A DNA stretch of 64,000 nt from a virus (IMGVR_UViG_3300009168_000009:227-64226), one strand, 5' to 3'. Counted from the first letter of the stretch, positions 10,574 through 20,984 are shown. The notes: generated by a model not told the origin, from the sequence alone. A program made the numbers and translations.

Positions 10574-11667
10574 GAGAACGCCCCGCCTTCGCCGCCGGCT
10601 GCGCTGCCGCCGGTGTCGCCGCCGCCCTCCGAATCCTCGAACGATTGCTGCGGCACCAGCACCAGCTCAGCCTGCCGTTGTTCAGCTTCCAGACTGAACG
10701 TCACTTCCTTGAGCTGCAGCATGTCGGCCACGGCATCGACCGGGATGATGACCATGTGCAGATTGCCGGGCTTCCACAGCTGCCCGCCGTCGTCGGACCA
10801 CGTGGACATGGTGACGTTGACCGTGAGTCCCGCTGCCTTGCGGCGATTCATTTCGGTCTTCGCGCGTTTTTTCAGCGTCTCCTTGTCGTGATCAGTGTCG
10901 ATCAGCGTGTGCATTTTCTTTTTGAATTTGACGTAGGAGTCTTTGGCCTCGCCCATCAATTCTTCGGCTTCCTTGCCGTATTTTTTATCGGTCGGAATGC
11001 TGTTGCCCTTGGCCTCGATATCGCTTTGACGCTCGCTGATGTCGCGTTTCACTGACCAGTTGGTGAAGTTGTGGCCGAGAATGATCGGCGTGCCGCCGCC
11101 GGTGGCCGAGCCCTTCTTTTCCAGAACGACGTTGCCTTCCTCATTCTCCCGCGCGTTGATGCCGAACTCGCGGCACACGCGGCGGATGGCGCGCTCGACG
11201 CTCTCGCCTTCCTGAATGATGAAGCGTTCGATCTGCCGGCCTTCGCTGCTCTTGTCCTCGATCTTTGACTCGTAACCCTCGGCCAGTTTCTTTGCGACTT
11301 GACCGGGCTTTTTCTTGTTCTCCTGGCCGCTCTCGTGATCCGGCACGCTATCGACCAGCGCGGAGGCGAGCCCGCGATAGTGCAGATCGAGCGTGAACGT
11401 GTCCGGCGAACCGTGCGACGTGCGGCTATCGATGCGAAAGGTGGCGGCGAGCTGGCCGTCGAGCATCAACGTGCCCCTGGCGCCGTCGATCAGCGCCTGG
11501 ACTGGCATACCGCCCGCGCCTGCAATTTCGGCGCCCGGCCATGACAAGGTGAACACGCCGTCGCACGTCATGTTTTCCAGCGAGCGATGGGCCGTCAGTT
11601 TCAGCAGATTCCCATAGGGCACGCCGGCACACATCACATAGCAGCTGCCAAGGGCTTCGTTTGGCAT
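10570..11667 (-). CDS. Mu gpP/gp44-like baseplate hub
   Basis: F.IQEGES...I.R..R..G, LWKPG.L..V motifs; synteny. Confidence 0.85.
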   Translation of the reverse strand: MPNEALGSCYVMCAGVPYGNLLKLTAHRSLENMTCDGVFTLSWPGAEIAGAGGMPVQALIDGARGTLMLDGQLAATFRIDSRTSHGSPDTFTLDLHYRGLASALVDSVPDHESGQENKKKPGQVAKKLAEGYESKIEDKSSEGRQIERFIIQEGESVERAIRRVCREFGINARENEEGNVVLEKKGSATGGGTPIILGHNFTNWSVKRDISERQSDIEAKGNSIPTDKKYGKEAEELMGEAKDSYVKFKKKMHTLIDTDHDKETLKKRAKTEMNRRKAAGLTVNVTMSTWSDDGGQLWKPGNLHMVIIPVDAVADMLQLKEVTFSLEAEQRQAELVLVPQQSFEDSEGGGDTGGSAAGGEGGAFS

Positions 11668-11674
11668 GGATCAC

Positions 11675-12961
11675 TCACACCCGAGCCGGCGGTTGATACG
11701 CCGGGAGCCGACCGATGATTTCGCTTTGCTGTTGCGGAGCCGGGATGGTTGCTTCGCGTCCGATAAAGAACGGCGGCATGCTGGCGTTGTATTGCTCGAC
11801 CTCCTCATAGCGACGGCCGTCGCCGTAGAGCTTGTGCGCGACAACGACCGACGGCCAGATGCCGTTGACGCCGGACGTGACCAGCCCCGGCAGCCGGATG
11901 TTGGCTTGCAAGATTGATTGCGCCGAAGATGCCCGCGCTTCGCGGATGGCCGACACCAGCTTGTCGTCACAGCGGATGGCGGCGACTTCCTCCTCCTCAT
12001 CGTAGACCGTCATGATGAAGTCGAGATCAGCGAGCGCCGCCGCGACGGTGGCATAGGTGGTGCCGATCGCCGTCAGCGCATAGTCACGCACGAGTGAAAG
12101 CCGGGCGGCAATGACCAGCGTTTCGACCGAATAGCCGGTGCCGATGCCCAGCTCAACCACTTGCTTGTTGTATGTACGCAAACGATCCATGGCGTCGGCG
12201 TGGATCAGGCGGATGATCATGGTGCCGTGATCGATCGGCATGATCACGTCGCTGAACTCGCTGTAGATCGCAGACGGGCCGGCGATCGGGCCGCCGAGCG
12301 AAACGCGGGGGGCGACGACGCCGAGTCCAACGGCCATCGATCCCCTGTCCGTCAAGATCGGCTGCACGCCGCGCTCCAGCGCCGACACGGCGTCGAAGGA
12401 GTCCTCATCCGTCGCCGGCTCGATCAGCCGCGCCAGGGCGAGACTCGCTTCCGTGGCGGCAGCGGCGTTGGTTGGCGTTCCCTGCCAGAAGCCGAGCGCA
12501 GCGGCATTGACTGCAGCTGATCCAAGCTGCAGCACGTCGGCCCGCATGGTGCTGGCGTGGAACGGCGCCATGCTGTTGTTGGCTTCGACAAAATCGTAGC
12601 TGAGTTTTGTCCTGCGCTTGTCTCGATAGTATTCGAGATGCGTGGTGAGCCGCACGCAAGCGACTCGTTGCGCGCCGTAAGCCGGATGCACGAGCGTGCC
12701 GGGCTCGGGCGATTCCGCGGCCGATGCATGCGCGATGGTCTGCGCAATCTGATCGCCGCCGATGATCCAGCCCTCGACCTTAAAGCGGCGGGCCTTGCGC
12801 CCCAGGTCTTTGTAGCCGGTGCGATCTGACAGCGGATATTCGTACAGATGACCACGGCGGCCGAAGTCATCGTCCGAGCTGTCCACGAAAAACGGCACGC
12901 CCTTCCACGACGCCGGCTGATAGGTGGGTTCTGGATCAAGGCAATCGCGGATCGTCATCAA
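11675..12961 (-). CDS. Mu gpN-like DNA circularisation protein
   Basis: ASWKGVPFFV..GRR..YEYP..DLGRKARR..PGTLVHP.YG; C-terminal PSVVVAHKLYGD..R..E. Confidence 0.9.
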   Translation of the reverse strand: MMTIRDCLDPEPTYQPASWKGVPFFVDSSDDDFGRRGHLYEYPLSDRTGYKDLGRKARRFKVEGWIIGGDQIAQTIAHASAAESPEPGTLVHPAYGAQRVACVRLTTHLEYYRDKRRTKLSYDFVEANNSMAPFHASTMRADVLQLGSAAVNAAALGFWQGTPTNAAAATEASLALARLIEPATDEDSFDAVSALERGVQPILTDRGSMAVGLGVVAPRVSLGGPIAGPSAIYSEFSDVIMPIDHGTMIIRLIHADAMDRLRTYNKQVVELGIGTGYSVETLVIAARLSLVRDYALTAIGTTYATVAAALADLDFIMTVYDEEEEVAAIRCDDKLVSAIREARASSAQSILQANIRLPGLVTSGVNGIWPSVVVAHKLYGDGRRYEEVEQYNASMPPFFIGREATIPAPQQQSEIIGRLPAYQPPARV

Positions 12962-15399
12962 TCACCTGTTGAGTCTGTGCCGGCGGGCGCGGTGCCGGTC
13001 TTGTTGCCGCCGCTGGAGCCGCCAGCGCCCACCACGTTGACGGTGACTTTCGCCGCGCTGATCTTGGCCGCCGCAGCCGTGCCGATCGCGCCGCCGATCG
13101 CGGCGGCGTTGATGCCCTTGGAGAATGCCGCGCCGCCATCTGATCCGGCTTTAGTGATCCCGGACGCTGCGGCCTGAGAGAACGCATTGCCGCCGGCCGT
13201 ACCAGCATTGGTGAACGCCGTCTGATCCGGCACGATCGACGGCGCTTGCGTGGTCGGCACCGCGCCAGGGGCAGGCTTCGCAGCGGGAGCTGCCGGCGTG
13301 ACTCCAGGCGTGGGCGGCACGGCGGGCGTGACCGCCGGTGTAGGCTGCGTGACGGTGGTTTGATCAGACTGGATGTCGACTCGCTTGACCGGCGGGGTGG
13401 CCGCCTCCATTCGCCGCTTGTATTCCTCTGGCGTTATTCCCGCCTCTCGCGCCGCCCGTTCCTCCGCTGCCTTTTTCTCAATCGCTGCCCGTTCTTCGGG
13501 CGTTGCCCCTTCTGGTTCGCCCTGCTCATCGAGCCCGAGACGCTTGCGCCAGACATTGATCATGTTCTGAACGCCTTCGCCGATGGCATCGCCAAGGCCG
13601 GTCATTCCGGCTTCGAAGGCAGCCTTCAGCGCAGTTCCGACTAGGCTCGGAAGTTTCGCCGTCGCGGCGCTGATGCTGCTGCTCCAGTCCACGGCGTCCC
13701 ATGCCGCTTTCATCGCCGTGCCGAGTTTTGAGGCGATCAGTCCGGTGTCCAACGTCTCCCAACTTGCCCCAGTCAGCGACTTATTAAGATCATCCAGCGC
13801 CGTCTTGAGCTTGCTGCTGTCGATCGAGTTGATCGAGGAGGCGATGCCTTCCCAGCCGAGCCGCGCGAATTGTCCGATCGTGGTAGTGACCGACGGCCCC
13901 AGCTCGAGCATTTTTTGATTGAAGGCGGCCAGCGCCTGATTGACCCCCGGCAGCGCCTGGGTGCCGATGCGGTCCATGCCCTCCTTGAACTGGCTGCCGA
14001 TCGAGCTGCGCAGGAGGATGTTTTGCTGCGCGTCGCGCAGCTGCTGCTTTTCGTCGACCAAGCCCGCACCGTAGGCTTGCTGGATTTGCTGCTGCGTCTG
14101 TAGGAACTGAGCCAGCGCCTCGCTACCGAACGCCGTGGCGCGGACCAGCTCCGGCCCGAACAAGCCGACATCTTTCCAGAATTGTGCCAGCCGTTTCTTG
14201 GCTGCGTCTGCCGCCTTCGGTGTCTTGGCCCCCTCGACGGCCGCTTCCAGCTGCTCGCGTTTCTTGGCGAAGATTTGGCCGATGTCGTAGGCGTCGAGTT
14301 TCTTGCCAGCCGCCTCCATCTTCTTGACGTGCGCAGGATCGAGGCCGAGCCGACCATAGAGTCCTTTTTCCCCGGCGATGCCGCGCTTGGCGCGCTGATC
14401 CGACAGCATCTTGGGCAGGCGCTTCTCCAGTCCGGCGTAGCCGGGACCGAAGACCGCTTCGCCGGCCGCCTGCCGGGCCTCGACCTCATCCACTTCGCGC
14501 CGCGACTTGAGCGACTTGGCGGTGTTGGTCACCAAGTCCTCGGCCTGGGCGTTGGCCGCCTTGAAACCGATCGCCATGGACCCGGCGGCGGCGGCCAACG
14601 GGACGGCCGCGAGCGCCGCGCTTCCGAGACCGCGCGCGAGCGCGCCAACGCCCCAGGCACCCGTCGCCCCCTCGATCGCGCCGACGGCCCTGGTCCCCGC
14701 GCCAGCTAGGAGGCTGCCAGCCCGGCCAGAGCGCCCGCCTGATGCGACGCGAGCGGAGGGCGTGGACCTAGCAGCCTTGGCCGCTGCCTCCGCAACAGCG
14801 GGCTTCGCAGCCATTGCAGCGAGCTGGGCAGCGCCAGCTGCACGGGTCATCCATCCCTGGCCAACGGCGGTTGCGATGTCTCGCTTGTTGAGGCCCGGCA
14901 GTTGGCGGGTGCCGCCGGTCGCTGCCCGGCGGGCATCCTCCAGGCTCATGCCCATATTGCGCTTCTGGATGCTGCGGAGGAGCTTGTCGGTGATGCCGGA
15001 GGCGGCCGCCGCTTGGGCCGGGTAGTTCTCCCGGCCGCGCGCGATGGCCTTGGCGCGCGCCTTCTCGGCCCGCAGCATGTCGGCAGCCGTCGCCTTCTGG
15101 GCCTTCGCCAACTGCGCTTGCTGAGCGACCAGGGGCGCGACGATCTTGGATGTTTGCTGGACTTGCGCCTGCAGCGGCTTGAGCATCCGGCCAGTGATGG
15201 CCTGCGATGCCATCATCTGCGTCGCCGCGCGCTTCATGGCGGCGTTCTGCGCCACCATCTGCGCCGGTCCGGTGACACCACCGATCCGCTTGCTGCCGCT
15301 GAGTCCCTGCAGCGCCTTGATCTGCGCCGCGAGTGCTTTGATTTTGTTTTCGCCCTCGACTGTGACGATCAGCCGGGCGGTTGAGGTAACGTCGGCCAT
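12958..15399 (-). CDS. tail tape measure protein
   Basis: 813 aa, Ala/Gly-rich helical, between tail chaperone and gpN-like gene. Confidence 0.85.
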   Translation of the reverse strand: MADVTSTARLIVTVEGENKIKALAAQIKALQGLSGSKRIGGVTGPAQMVAQNAAMKRAATQMMASQAITGRMLKPLQAQVQQTSKIVAPLVAQQAQLAKAQKATAADMLRAEKARAKAIARGRENYPAQAAAASGITDKLLRSIQKRNMGMSLEDARRAATGGTRQLPGLNKRDIATAVGQGWMTRAAGAAQLAAMAAKPAVAEAAAKAARSTPSARVASGGRSGRAGSLLAGAGTRAVGAIEGATGAWGVGALARGLGSAALAAVPLAAAAGSMAIGFKAANAQAEDLVTNTAKSLKSRREVDEVEARQAAGEAVFGPGYAGLEKRLPKMLSDQRAKRGIAGEKGLYGRLGLDPAHVKKMEAAGKKLDAYDIGQIFAKKREQLEAAVEGAKTPKAADAAKKRLAQFWKDVGLFGPELVRATAFGSEALAQFLQTQQQIQQAYGAGLVDEKQQLRDAQQNILLRSSIGSQFKEGMDRIGTQALPGVNQALAAFNQKMLELGPSVTTTIGQFARLGWEGIASSINSIDSSKLKTALDDLNKSLTGASWETLDTGLIASKLGTAMKAAWDAVDWSSSISAATAKLPSLVGTALKAAFEAGMTGLGDAIGEGVQNMINVWRKRLGLDEQGEPEGATPEERAAIEKKAAEERAAREAGITPEEYKRRMEAATPPVKRVDIQSDQTTVTQPTPAVTPAVPPTPGVTPAAPAAKPAPGAVPTTQAPSIVPDQTAFTNAGTAGGNAFSQAAASGITKAGSDGGAAFSKGINAAAIGGAIGTAAAAKISAAKVTVNVVGAGGSSGGNKTGTAPAGTDSTGD

Positions 15400-15410
15400 T
15401 GAATTAGCCC

Positions 15411-15587
15411 CTAATAGTCGTCTTCAATGTCCGACTCGATGACTGGCCCTCTTTCGTTGAGCACGCTCACCATTCGCGCCGCGCGTCTGATCGTCATTCG
15501 ATCCCACGAGCCCGGCGGCCAGTGATGGTTGAAAGCTATGATATTGACGCTTTTTTCCACCTCTCGCGCGACGCTACTAACTTTCCC
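15411..15587 (-). CDS. -1 frameshift extension of tail chaperone (GT / P2 E+E'-like)
   Basis: Minus strand reads ATG GGA AAG (G GGA AAG at 15587-15581); the -1 frame is open for 58 codons: GKVSS..IIAFNHHWPPGSWDRMT..DDY*. Confidence 0.85.
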   Translation of the reverse strand, partial: GKVSSVAREVEKSVNIIAFNHHWPPGSWDRMTIRRAARMVSVLNERGPVIESDIEDDY

Positions 15588-16177
15588 ATAATTTTTCTCC
15601 TGATCGCGTAGTAGTCCACGAAGTCGAGTGCGTTGATCACGGCGTCGGTCATCGGCAGCGTGGTGCCGAGCAGCTTGCCGAACAGCCGCATGAACAGGCT
15701 GAACTCTTGCCGCTCGCCGCTGGCGTCCAGAAACTCGGAGAGATCGCCGAGCGTGCGGCCCTCGAATTGAATCTGATGGATGACGTCGCCGTCATCCTTG
15801 CCCGGAGTCAGATGAATTGGGTGCCGCAGCGTGTAGGTTATCGGGGAGTTCACGCCGTCGCCGTCGCCTTCTCCCAGCACTACGCTGTCGGCTTCGCCCT
15901 GCAGCGATGTCATGAGATCGATGATCTCGACCACATCGCCGGACGCCAGATCGCCGGCTTTGAATTCCTCGGCTTTGTCGCTGCCGTTCAAGGCCCGCGC
16001 GTTGATGCTGACGAATTCCTCGATCCGCTTGGCGACCGACGTATGGGCCAAGCTGTCGAACAACTGCTTTGCGTTGGGCCGATAGAAAACAATCTCGCGA
16101 GACTTACCGCCGTTCGCGGTTTCGACCTCCTGCAGCAGTTGCAGTCGCGCATATTCGACTCGCGCAAATTCCGGCAT
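15536..16177 (-). CDS. tail assembly chaperone (G-like)
   Basis: Between tube and tape measure; two apparent internal repeats; carries slippery site. Confidence 0.8.
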   Translation of the reverse strand: MPEFARVEYARLQLLQEVETANGGKSREIVFYRPNAKQLFDSLAHTSVAKRIEEFVSINARALNGSDKAEEFKAGDLASGDVVEIIDLMTSLQGEADSVVLGEGDGDGVNSPITYTLRHPIHLTPGKDDGDVIHQIQFEGRTLGDLSEFLDASGERQEFSLFMRLFGKLLGTTLPMTDAVINALDFVDYYAIRRKIMGKLVASRERWKKASIS

Positions 16178-16198
16178 GTACCCCTTGCCCGATCATTA

Positions 16199-16573
16199 CT
16201 ATGCAGCCAGCGGCAGCAGCTCGATGATCTCGTCTGTGATCAGTGTCAGCTTTTGCGTGTTCTTTTTCGCATCGTAGGCATCCTCGGCGATATTCGAGGC
16301 ATGCTCCGTGGAGAACGTGCGGCCGTCGCAAAGCTCAAGCACCAGCGGCACGTTGCAGATTTCTTGGAAGTAGCGAACGTACATATCGACCGGCACCACC
16401 ACGGTCGCCTCAATCACCGGGTTGCGATCTTCCAGCGTCCACTCGCCGTCATAGGCTTCTGTGCGCCGCTGGTTGGTCACGATCACGGTGACATCGCCGT
16501 CCGACTGCAAGCGGATCGAACGGCCTTGAATCGTAAAGTTGAGCACGCCTTTGCATTTAATGCAGATCGCCAT
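16199..16573 (-). CDS. tail tube protein (Mu gpM-like)
   Basis: 124 aa directly after the sheath; LEL.DGRTF motif. Confidence 0.8.
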   Translation of the reverse strand: MAICIKCKGVLNFTIQGRSIRLQSDGDVTVIVTNQRRTEAYDGEWTLEDRNPVIEATVVVPVDMYVRYFQEICNVPLVLELCDGRTFSTEHASNIAEDAYDAKKNTQKLTLITDEIIELLPLAA

Positions 16574-16591
16574 GGCTTTAGCCCCTCACGT

Positions 16592-18121
16592 TTAGACCGG
16601 CGGGATGCACGAGAACTCGGGCGCCACATCAATGCTGGTGGCGATACGGGCGAGCTGATTGACTAGATCAAGATCAATCATGACGTTGACGCGATTCGGA
16701 TCGCAGTTGTTGAACGTGTTGGTGCGCTCGACGCGGACCATCTTTTCCAACGACTCCGAAGTCGGCTCGGCGGTCCAGCCGAATTGCGTGCCACGCATCC
16801 ACGCGATGATGGACGCCTGCAGAATGCGCGGCGTCACCGCGCGCTTGCCCTGCGGAATGCGGGTGCCATCGTTCATCAGCGAGACGCTGGCATAGTTGTG
16901 GCGATACCAGTTGCCGAGATCGCGCACAAACTTGACCGTGGTGTAGCGGCTCTCGACGCGCTGCCATGCGCCGTCCGGCGCGCCGGTGTTAGGATCATAC
17001 TTGTAGGTCGTCAGCGGCTCCTCGATCCACAGCTGCGTGTTGCGCAAGCCGCGCGAGTTGGCCACGTCCCAATTCATGATGCCGGCATCGTAGAAGGCGC
17101 GCTTCTCGGCCGAAGTCCAGACCGTGGAGCATTGCCGGCTGTCGAATAGGAAGCCAAGGAAGCCGTTGTCATACTGCACTGGCCGGCTCGGATCGTAGCA
17201 AGCGGTGCAGCACACGCGCGAAGTGGTCGCGGCGGCCATGACATAGCCGGGATACTTGTAGTCGGTGCGCACCGGCACCACGACTTCCTCTGGATTGTTG
17301 CGATCACGGCCATAGGCGGCGATCGTGCCGGCGCTCGCCGTCTTGCTGTGGAATAGATGACCGCCTTTGAAGTTGCCCTGCACACCGCAGCGCCAGTTTT
17401 GCCGCACGAGCTGGATGAACGCCTCGATGGCGATCTCCTCCTCGGTGCCCAGGCAGATGCAATCCCACGGGCAGGCCATCGCAGGAATCGCCGTCGTGTA
17501 TTCGACCACGCCTGCGCCTTCGACGCCGGCCGCCTCGACCACGGTCACGCCTTCTGGGAAGTCGTCGCCGAATTGCGGATTCCACACCGGCACGAACCAG
17601 TTGGACTGCTGGCCCTTGTTCTTGGCGGTGAGCGTGACGACGGCCAGCGCCGCCACGGCGGTGAAGGGCAAGTCTGCGTCGGCATTGAGCGCGGCGGCAA
17701 AGTTGGTTGCAACGCTGTCGGCGGTGGCGCCGACCAGCACACCGACGTTGTAAATCTTGTCAACGATGCTCCAGCTCAGCACGCCGCTGTTGGTGCATGG
17801 GCCGGTGAAGGTGACCGTGTACGTGGCGGCCGTGCCGGCGGGAGGGTCTGCCAATGGCGCCACGTACAGCGGCAGCTCGGGACAGGTGTTGAAGTGCTGC
17901 TCAGCCATCAAAGACAGCACCGAGCCCGGCCCGAATAGCTCGCGGGATTCCTGCACCGAATAGACGATATAGAATTCGCCGGGGACGGCAGTGCCTTCGT
18001 CCGTCATCTGGGCGATGTAGAGCGGGCGACACAGCTCGGCGAGCGGCATGTAGCCAGTGACGCACCAAGTCAGAAAGTTTCCGCGAGCCTGGGCGAGCGA
18101 GATGCGATTCTGGGCCATCAT
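16592..18121 (-). CDS. tail sheath protein (Mu gpL-like)
   Basis: LFGPGSVL..M, VTLTAKNKG..N, TTYK....G..D, VTP..L.A, VER....PNRVN motifs. Confidence 0.92.
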   Translation of the reverse strand: MMAQNRISLAQARGNFLTWCVTGYMPLAELCRPLYIAQMTDEGTAVPGEFYIVYSVQESRELFGPGSVLSLMAEQHFNTCPELPLYVAPLADPPAGTAATYTVTFTGPCTNSGVLSWSIVDKIYNVGVLVGATADSVATNFAAALNADADLPFTAVAALAVVTLTAKNKGQQSNWFVPVWNPQFGDDFPEGVTVVEAAGVEGAGVVEYTTAIPAMACPWDCICLGTEEEIAIEAFIQLVRQNWRCGVQGNFKGGHLFHSKTASAGTIAAYGRDRNNPEEVVVPVRTDYKYPGYVMAAATTSRVCCTACYDPSRPVQYDNGFLGFLFDSRQCSTVWTSAEKRAFYDAGIMNWDVANSRGLRNTQLWIEEPLTTYKYDPNTGAPDGAWQRVESRYTTVKFVRDLGNWYRHNYASVSLMNDGTRIPQGKRAVTPRILQASIIAWMRGTQFGWTAEPTSESLEKMVRVERTNTFNNCDPNRVNVMIDLDLVNQLARIATSIDVAPEFSCIPPV

Positions 18122-18184
18122 GTGCCTCCCTGGTGCGACTGCCGCCGCGCCGCAACGTTACCGGAACTTATAAGCCACGGCAAT

Positions 18185-18706
18185 CTAGCCGCGACTCTGC
18201 TGCTCCTCCTGCCGCCGCTCGGGGCCACGATCCTGCGAGGAATCGGGGCGGCCACCTTCGCGTTGACGTGTGGGCGCAGCATCTTGCGGCTCCTGCCGCT
18301 CGCCGCCCTGCCGCTCGTTGCGCAGCTGCTCGGCCCGCTCGCGGCGCTCCTGCCGCTCCTGCTGGACTTCCTCCGTCAGCCGGCCGCCGAACTCAGCCGG
18401 CATGCCGCCTTTGACCCTGGTGGTGTCGCCGGTGCCCTCGTCGGCCTCCTCGATATCGCCGGCCTTGATCGCGAGCACGAGACTGGCGGTCAGCGGCGTC
18501 GTCACGAAGACATCATGCGGGATCGGGTTGTCGGCCATATCGTAGACCACTCGGGGCGATTCATAAGTCTCGCCGTTCGTCGCGGTGAGCGTGTCCACGA
18601 TCGCCTTCACCGTCACCATTTGCGGCTCTGACTGCGCCATGGCACGCGGCGTTGCCGCCCGTGGATTGTGGGTCGGGACTTTGCGGAGCGTGTTGGGATC
18701 AGCCAT
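18185..18706 (-). CDS. sheath-associated small protein with charged tail
   Basis: AIKAGDIE motif and position just before the sheath gene. Confidence 0.6.
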   Translation of the reverse strand: MADPNTLRKVPTHNPRAATPRAMAQSEPQMVTVKAIVDTLTATNGETYESPRVVYDMADNPIPHDVFVTTPLTASLVLAIKAGDIEEADEGTGDTTRVKGGMPAEFGGRLTEEVQQERQERRERAEQLRNERQGGERQEPQDAAPTRQREGGRPDSSQDRGPERRQEEQQSRG

Positions 18707-18709
18707 TGG

Positions 18710-19435
18710 CTACCTCCTGCTGTTGGGACGCGGGGCACCGCCCAGGTTTGGCCAGTATGCACCCGGCGGCTCGGGTTCTATCGCGTGAATTGGTGGATCG
18801 AGCACAAAAATGGTGGGTTCACCCGGCGCGCACGGCTGGCACGGATCGCACGGCGGCGGCCCGCAGTCGTTGTGCAGATTGATGAAGATGTTGCCCAGCT
18901 CGCTGCAGCTCGGGCCTTCCGCGCCGATCTCGGTGTCGCAGTCGAACCTGATCTGCTCAAAGAAGACGAACACGAAGGCGACTTTGACTTGCGGAATCTG
19001 CGTGCCCTCGACCCGCATGCCGGCATAGCCGGTTGGCTTGTAGTGTTCATTCGGCCGCCAGTTGACCAGGGCATTGAGCAGCTGCTTTTCCACCAGCTCG
19101 ATATCGTCGGCCGCCATCCACTCGGCCTCGCTGCCGCGCGCGTCGAGCTGAGCGATGAAGGTGATCGAGCGTGGATTGATGATGTCGTCCTGCTCGGTTT
19201 CCTCGGGCTTGAGCTGCGGAATCCGGACGACGGTCGGCACCACGAGCAGATACGGCGGCTTGAGCAGCGCCCAGTGTTCCTGATCGAGCTGCCGCAGCAC
19301 CAGCTTGATGTTGTCGCCGAAGATCGTGCCGGCGTTGCGCAGCCGCCGCACCACGGCGTTGAACAGGCTTTCGCGCTGTCCAAATTGGCTCTGCAGGAGG
19401 GCGGCGGTGCTAGTGCGGTCGTCCACGCTTGCCAT
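18710..19435 (-). CDS. tail terminator/completion protein
   Basis: IE.V..QLL.ALVNW.P motif; synteny. Confidence 0.65.
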   Translation of the reverse strand: MASVDDRTSTAALLQSQFGQRESLFNAVVRRLRNAGTIFGDNIKLVLRQLDQEHWALLKPPYLLVVPTVVRIPQLKPEETEQDDIINPRSITFIAQLDARGSEAEWMAADDIELVEKQLLNALVNWRPNEHYKPTGYAGMRVEGTQIPQVKVAFVFVFFEQIRFDCDTEIGAEGPSCSELGNIFINLHNDCGPPPCDPCQPCAPGEPTIFVLDPPIHAIEPEPPGAYWPNLGGAPRPNSRR

Positions 19436-19559
19436 CCTCCTCGATCTTCCGGATCACCGCCCACATTGCCATCAACTCAGGCATGTGCAGCAGCGCCCAG
19501 CTTTCAGCAAAAGCGTCTACCAGCTCGGCCTCGGCTTTCTTGCACTCGTCTTCGTCCAC
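19410..19559 (-). CDS. small hypothetical protein (49 aa)
   Basis: GTG start after GGAGG, MDEDECKKAEAELV..; fills gap, below ORF-track cutoff. Confidence 0.4.
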   Translation of the reverse strand: MDEDECKKAEAELVDAFAESWALLHMPELMAMWAVIRKIEEDGKRGRPH

Positions 19560-19946
19560 CTAGCCGCCTCCCTTGAACTTCACGGCTTGGGCGAGCTCCG
19601 CTTTTTCAGGCCGGGCGGTCAACGACTCGTCCAGGGCATCCGGCAGCATCTTGCGCGCGGCCATGTGGCTCGTGCCGCTCGTCAGATAGCCGGCATAGTC
19701 CACTTCCGAGAACAGCGAGCCTTCGCGGCCGGATGCCTCATAGTCGATCGAGCCGATCAATCGGCCGCTGATCACGCCGGGATAAGCTCCTGGCGCGGAC
19801 GGCGACGGCCCGGATGCATTGGTGATGAACGTGTTGCGCCCATCATTGAGGCGGGCATCGATCCAGCTGGTGATGATGTCTTCGTCCACTTCGCACACCG
19901 GCGGGTTGCGAATGTCCACGCGAATATGGATCGTGAAGTCGGCCAT
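19560..19946 (-). CDS. HK97 gp10-like neck/tail completion protein
   Basis: SAPGAYP...SGRL..SI..YAGYL..GTSHMAAR motif. Confidence 0.8.
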   Translation of the reverse strand: MADFTIHIRVDIRNPPVCEVDEDIITSWIDARLNDGRNTFITNASGPSPSAPGAYPGVISGRLIGSIDYEASGREGSLFSEVDYAGYLTSGTSHMAARKMLPDALDESLTARPEKAELAQAVKFKGGG

Positions 19947-20431
19947 CAGATGCGATCCACCGCGCTGCCGGGGAAGTCGAAATGCGGCGGCAGCTCCTGC
20001 GTCACCGGATCAGTGCGAACATCCAGCATCGTCTCAATCGAGCACAGCAGCACGAGAAAGCGGCGCACGCCGCCCATGTCCTTGGTCATGCGGACGCGAT
20101 ACCACGTCGCCGTGTATTGATCGCGATGGAAGACCCAATGATTAAGATCGATCTTCACATCCGGCGGCGTGCGGATGACGATCTCGTGGCTCGGCAGCTT
20201 GAGCTGGCCGCCGCCTTGGCCGCGTCCCATGCCGGGCCAGACCGCCTGATAGTCGAGTATCTGCGTCGCCTCCAACGGCCGCACGCGGGCGTGAACGTGG
20301 ATCACGTCCGGCCGATCAACGATCGTGGACACGTTGTTGTCAGGCTTCTCGATCGTCGTGCAGATGACCACGGCGTCGCGGAGATCGCCGATCTGCGGAA
20401 TGCTTTCGCGCCGTTGATCGATCCTCGGCAT
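19946..20431 (-). CDS. head closure/head-tail adaptor protein
   Basis: IGDLRD.V.I, HA.V.P, HEIVIR motifs; synteny. Confidence 0.75.
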   Translation of the reverse strand: MPRIDQRRESIPQIGDLRDAVVICTTIEKPDNNVSTIVDRPDVIHVHARVRPLEATQILDYQAVWPGMGRGQGGGQLKLPSHEIVIRTPPDVKIDLNHWVFHRDQYTATWYRVRMTKDMGGVRRFLVLLCSIETMLDVRTDPVTQELPPHFDFPGSAVDRI

Positions 20432-20435
20432 GGCG

Positions 20436-20984
20436 TCACGCGATATAGGTCATGTGCGGCGCAAGGAATCCCTTGGCGCCGCTATTGCTCAGAATCTGAT
20501 CGTCAATCTTCACGTCGCCGCGGTTCTCGACCATGTAGGCGAACAGCCGCGCCACGGCCTGGACGAATGACGGCGACACGCCGCAGCTCTGCGAGCCGAC
20601 GCTGTAGAGCGCCTGCAGGCAGCCGGCGAGACAGCACAGCGCCGGTGCGCAGAAGTCCGCGTCCTCGTGGGCGTATGGATTCGGGAGATTGCGGCTGCCG
20701 TTGAGCATCGGCGAGTTGGGCGGGATGATCATCACCAGCCGGCCGTTGGCGTACAGCCTGACTTCGCTGGTCGGCTTGTGCGACAGCTTGATGGTGCCCC
20801 AGGCGTCCACGGTCACGGATTCGGTGACTTGCCCCGGCATGTCCATGCCGATCGCCGACGCACATGTCTCCCAGGCGGCAGCGAACCAATGCTGCGTCAG
20901 CCGCTCGTCAAAAGCCCCGTCGGTCGCCGCGTGCAGCTTGGCGATCGCGTAGGCGTCCTCGTAATACGACGGCAGCTTGCTCAT
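20436..20984 (-). CDS. head-tail connector protein
   Basis: AKLH..D..L....AA and QAV..L.AY..ENRGD motifs. Confidence 0.8.
   Translation of the reverse strand: MSKLPSYYEDAYAIAKLHAATDGAFDERLTQHWFAAAWETCASAIGMDMPGQVTESVTVDAWGTIKLSHKPTSEVRLYANGRLVMIIPPNSPMLNGSRNLPNPYAHEDADFCAPALCCLAGCLQALYSVGSQSCGVSPSFVQAVARLFAYMVENRGDVKIDDQILSNSGAKGFLAPHMTYIA

Noticed and set aside
5232-18121. Transposable Mu-like phage or tailocin/GTA
   Set aside because: Only the tail is Mu-like. There is no MuA/MuB, and a complete head, terminase and replication module are present.
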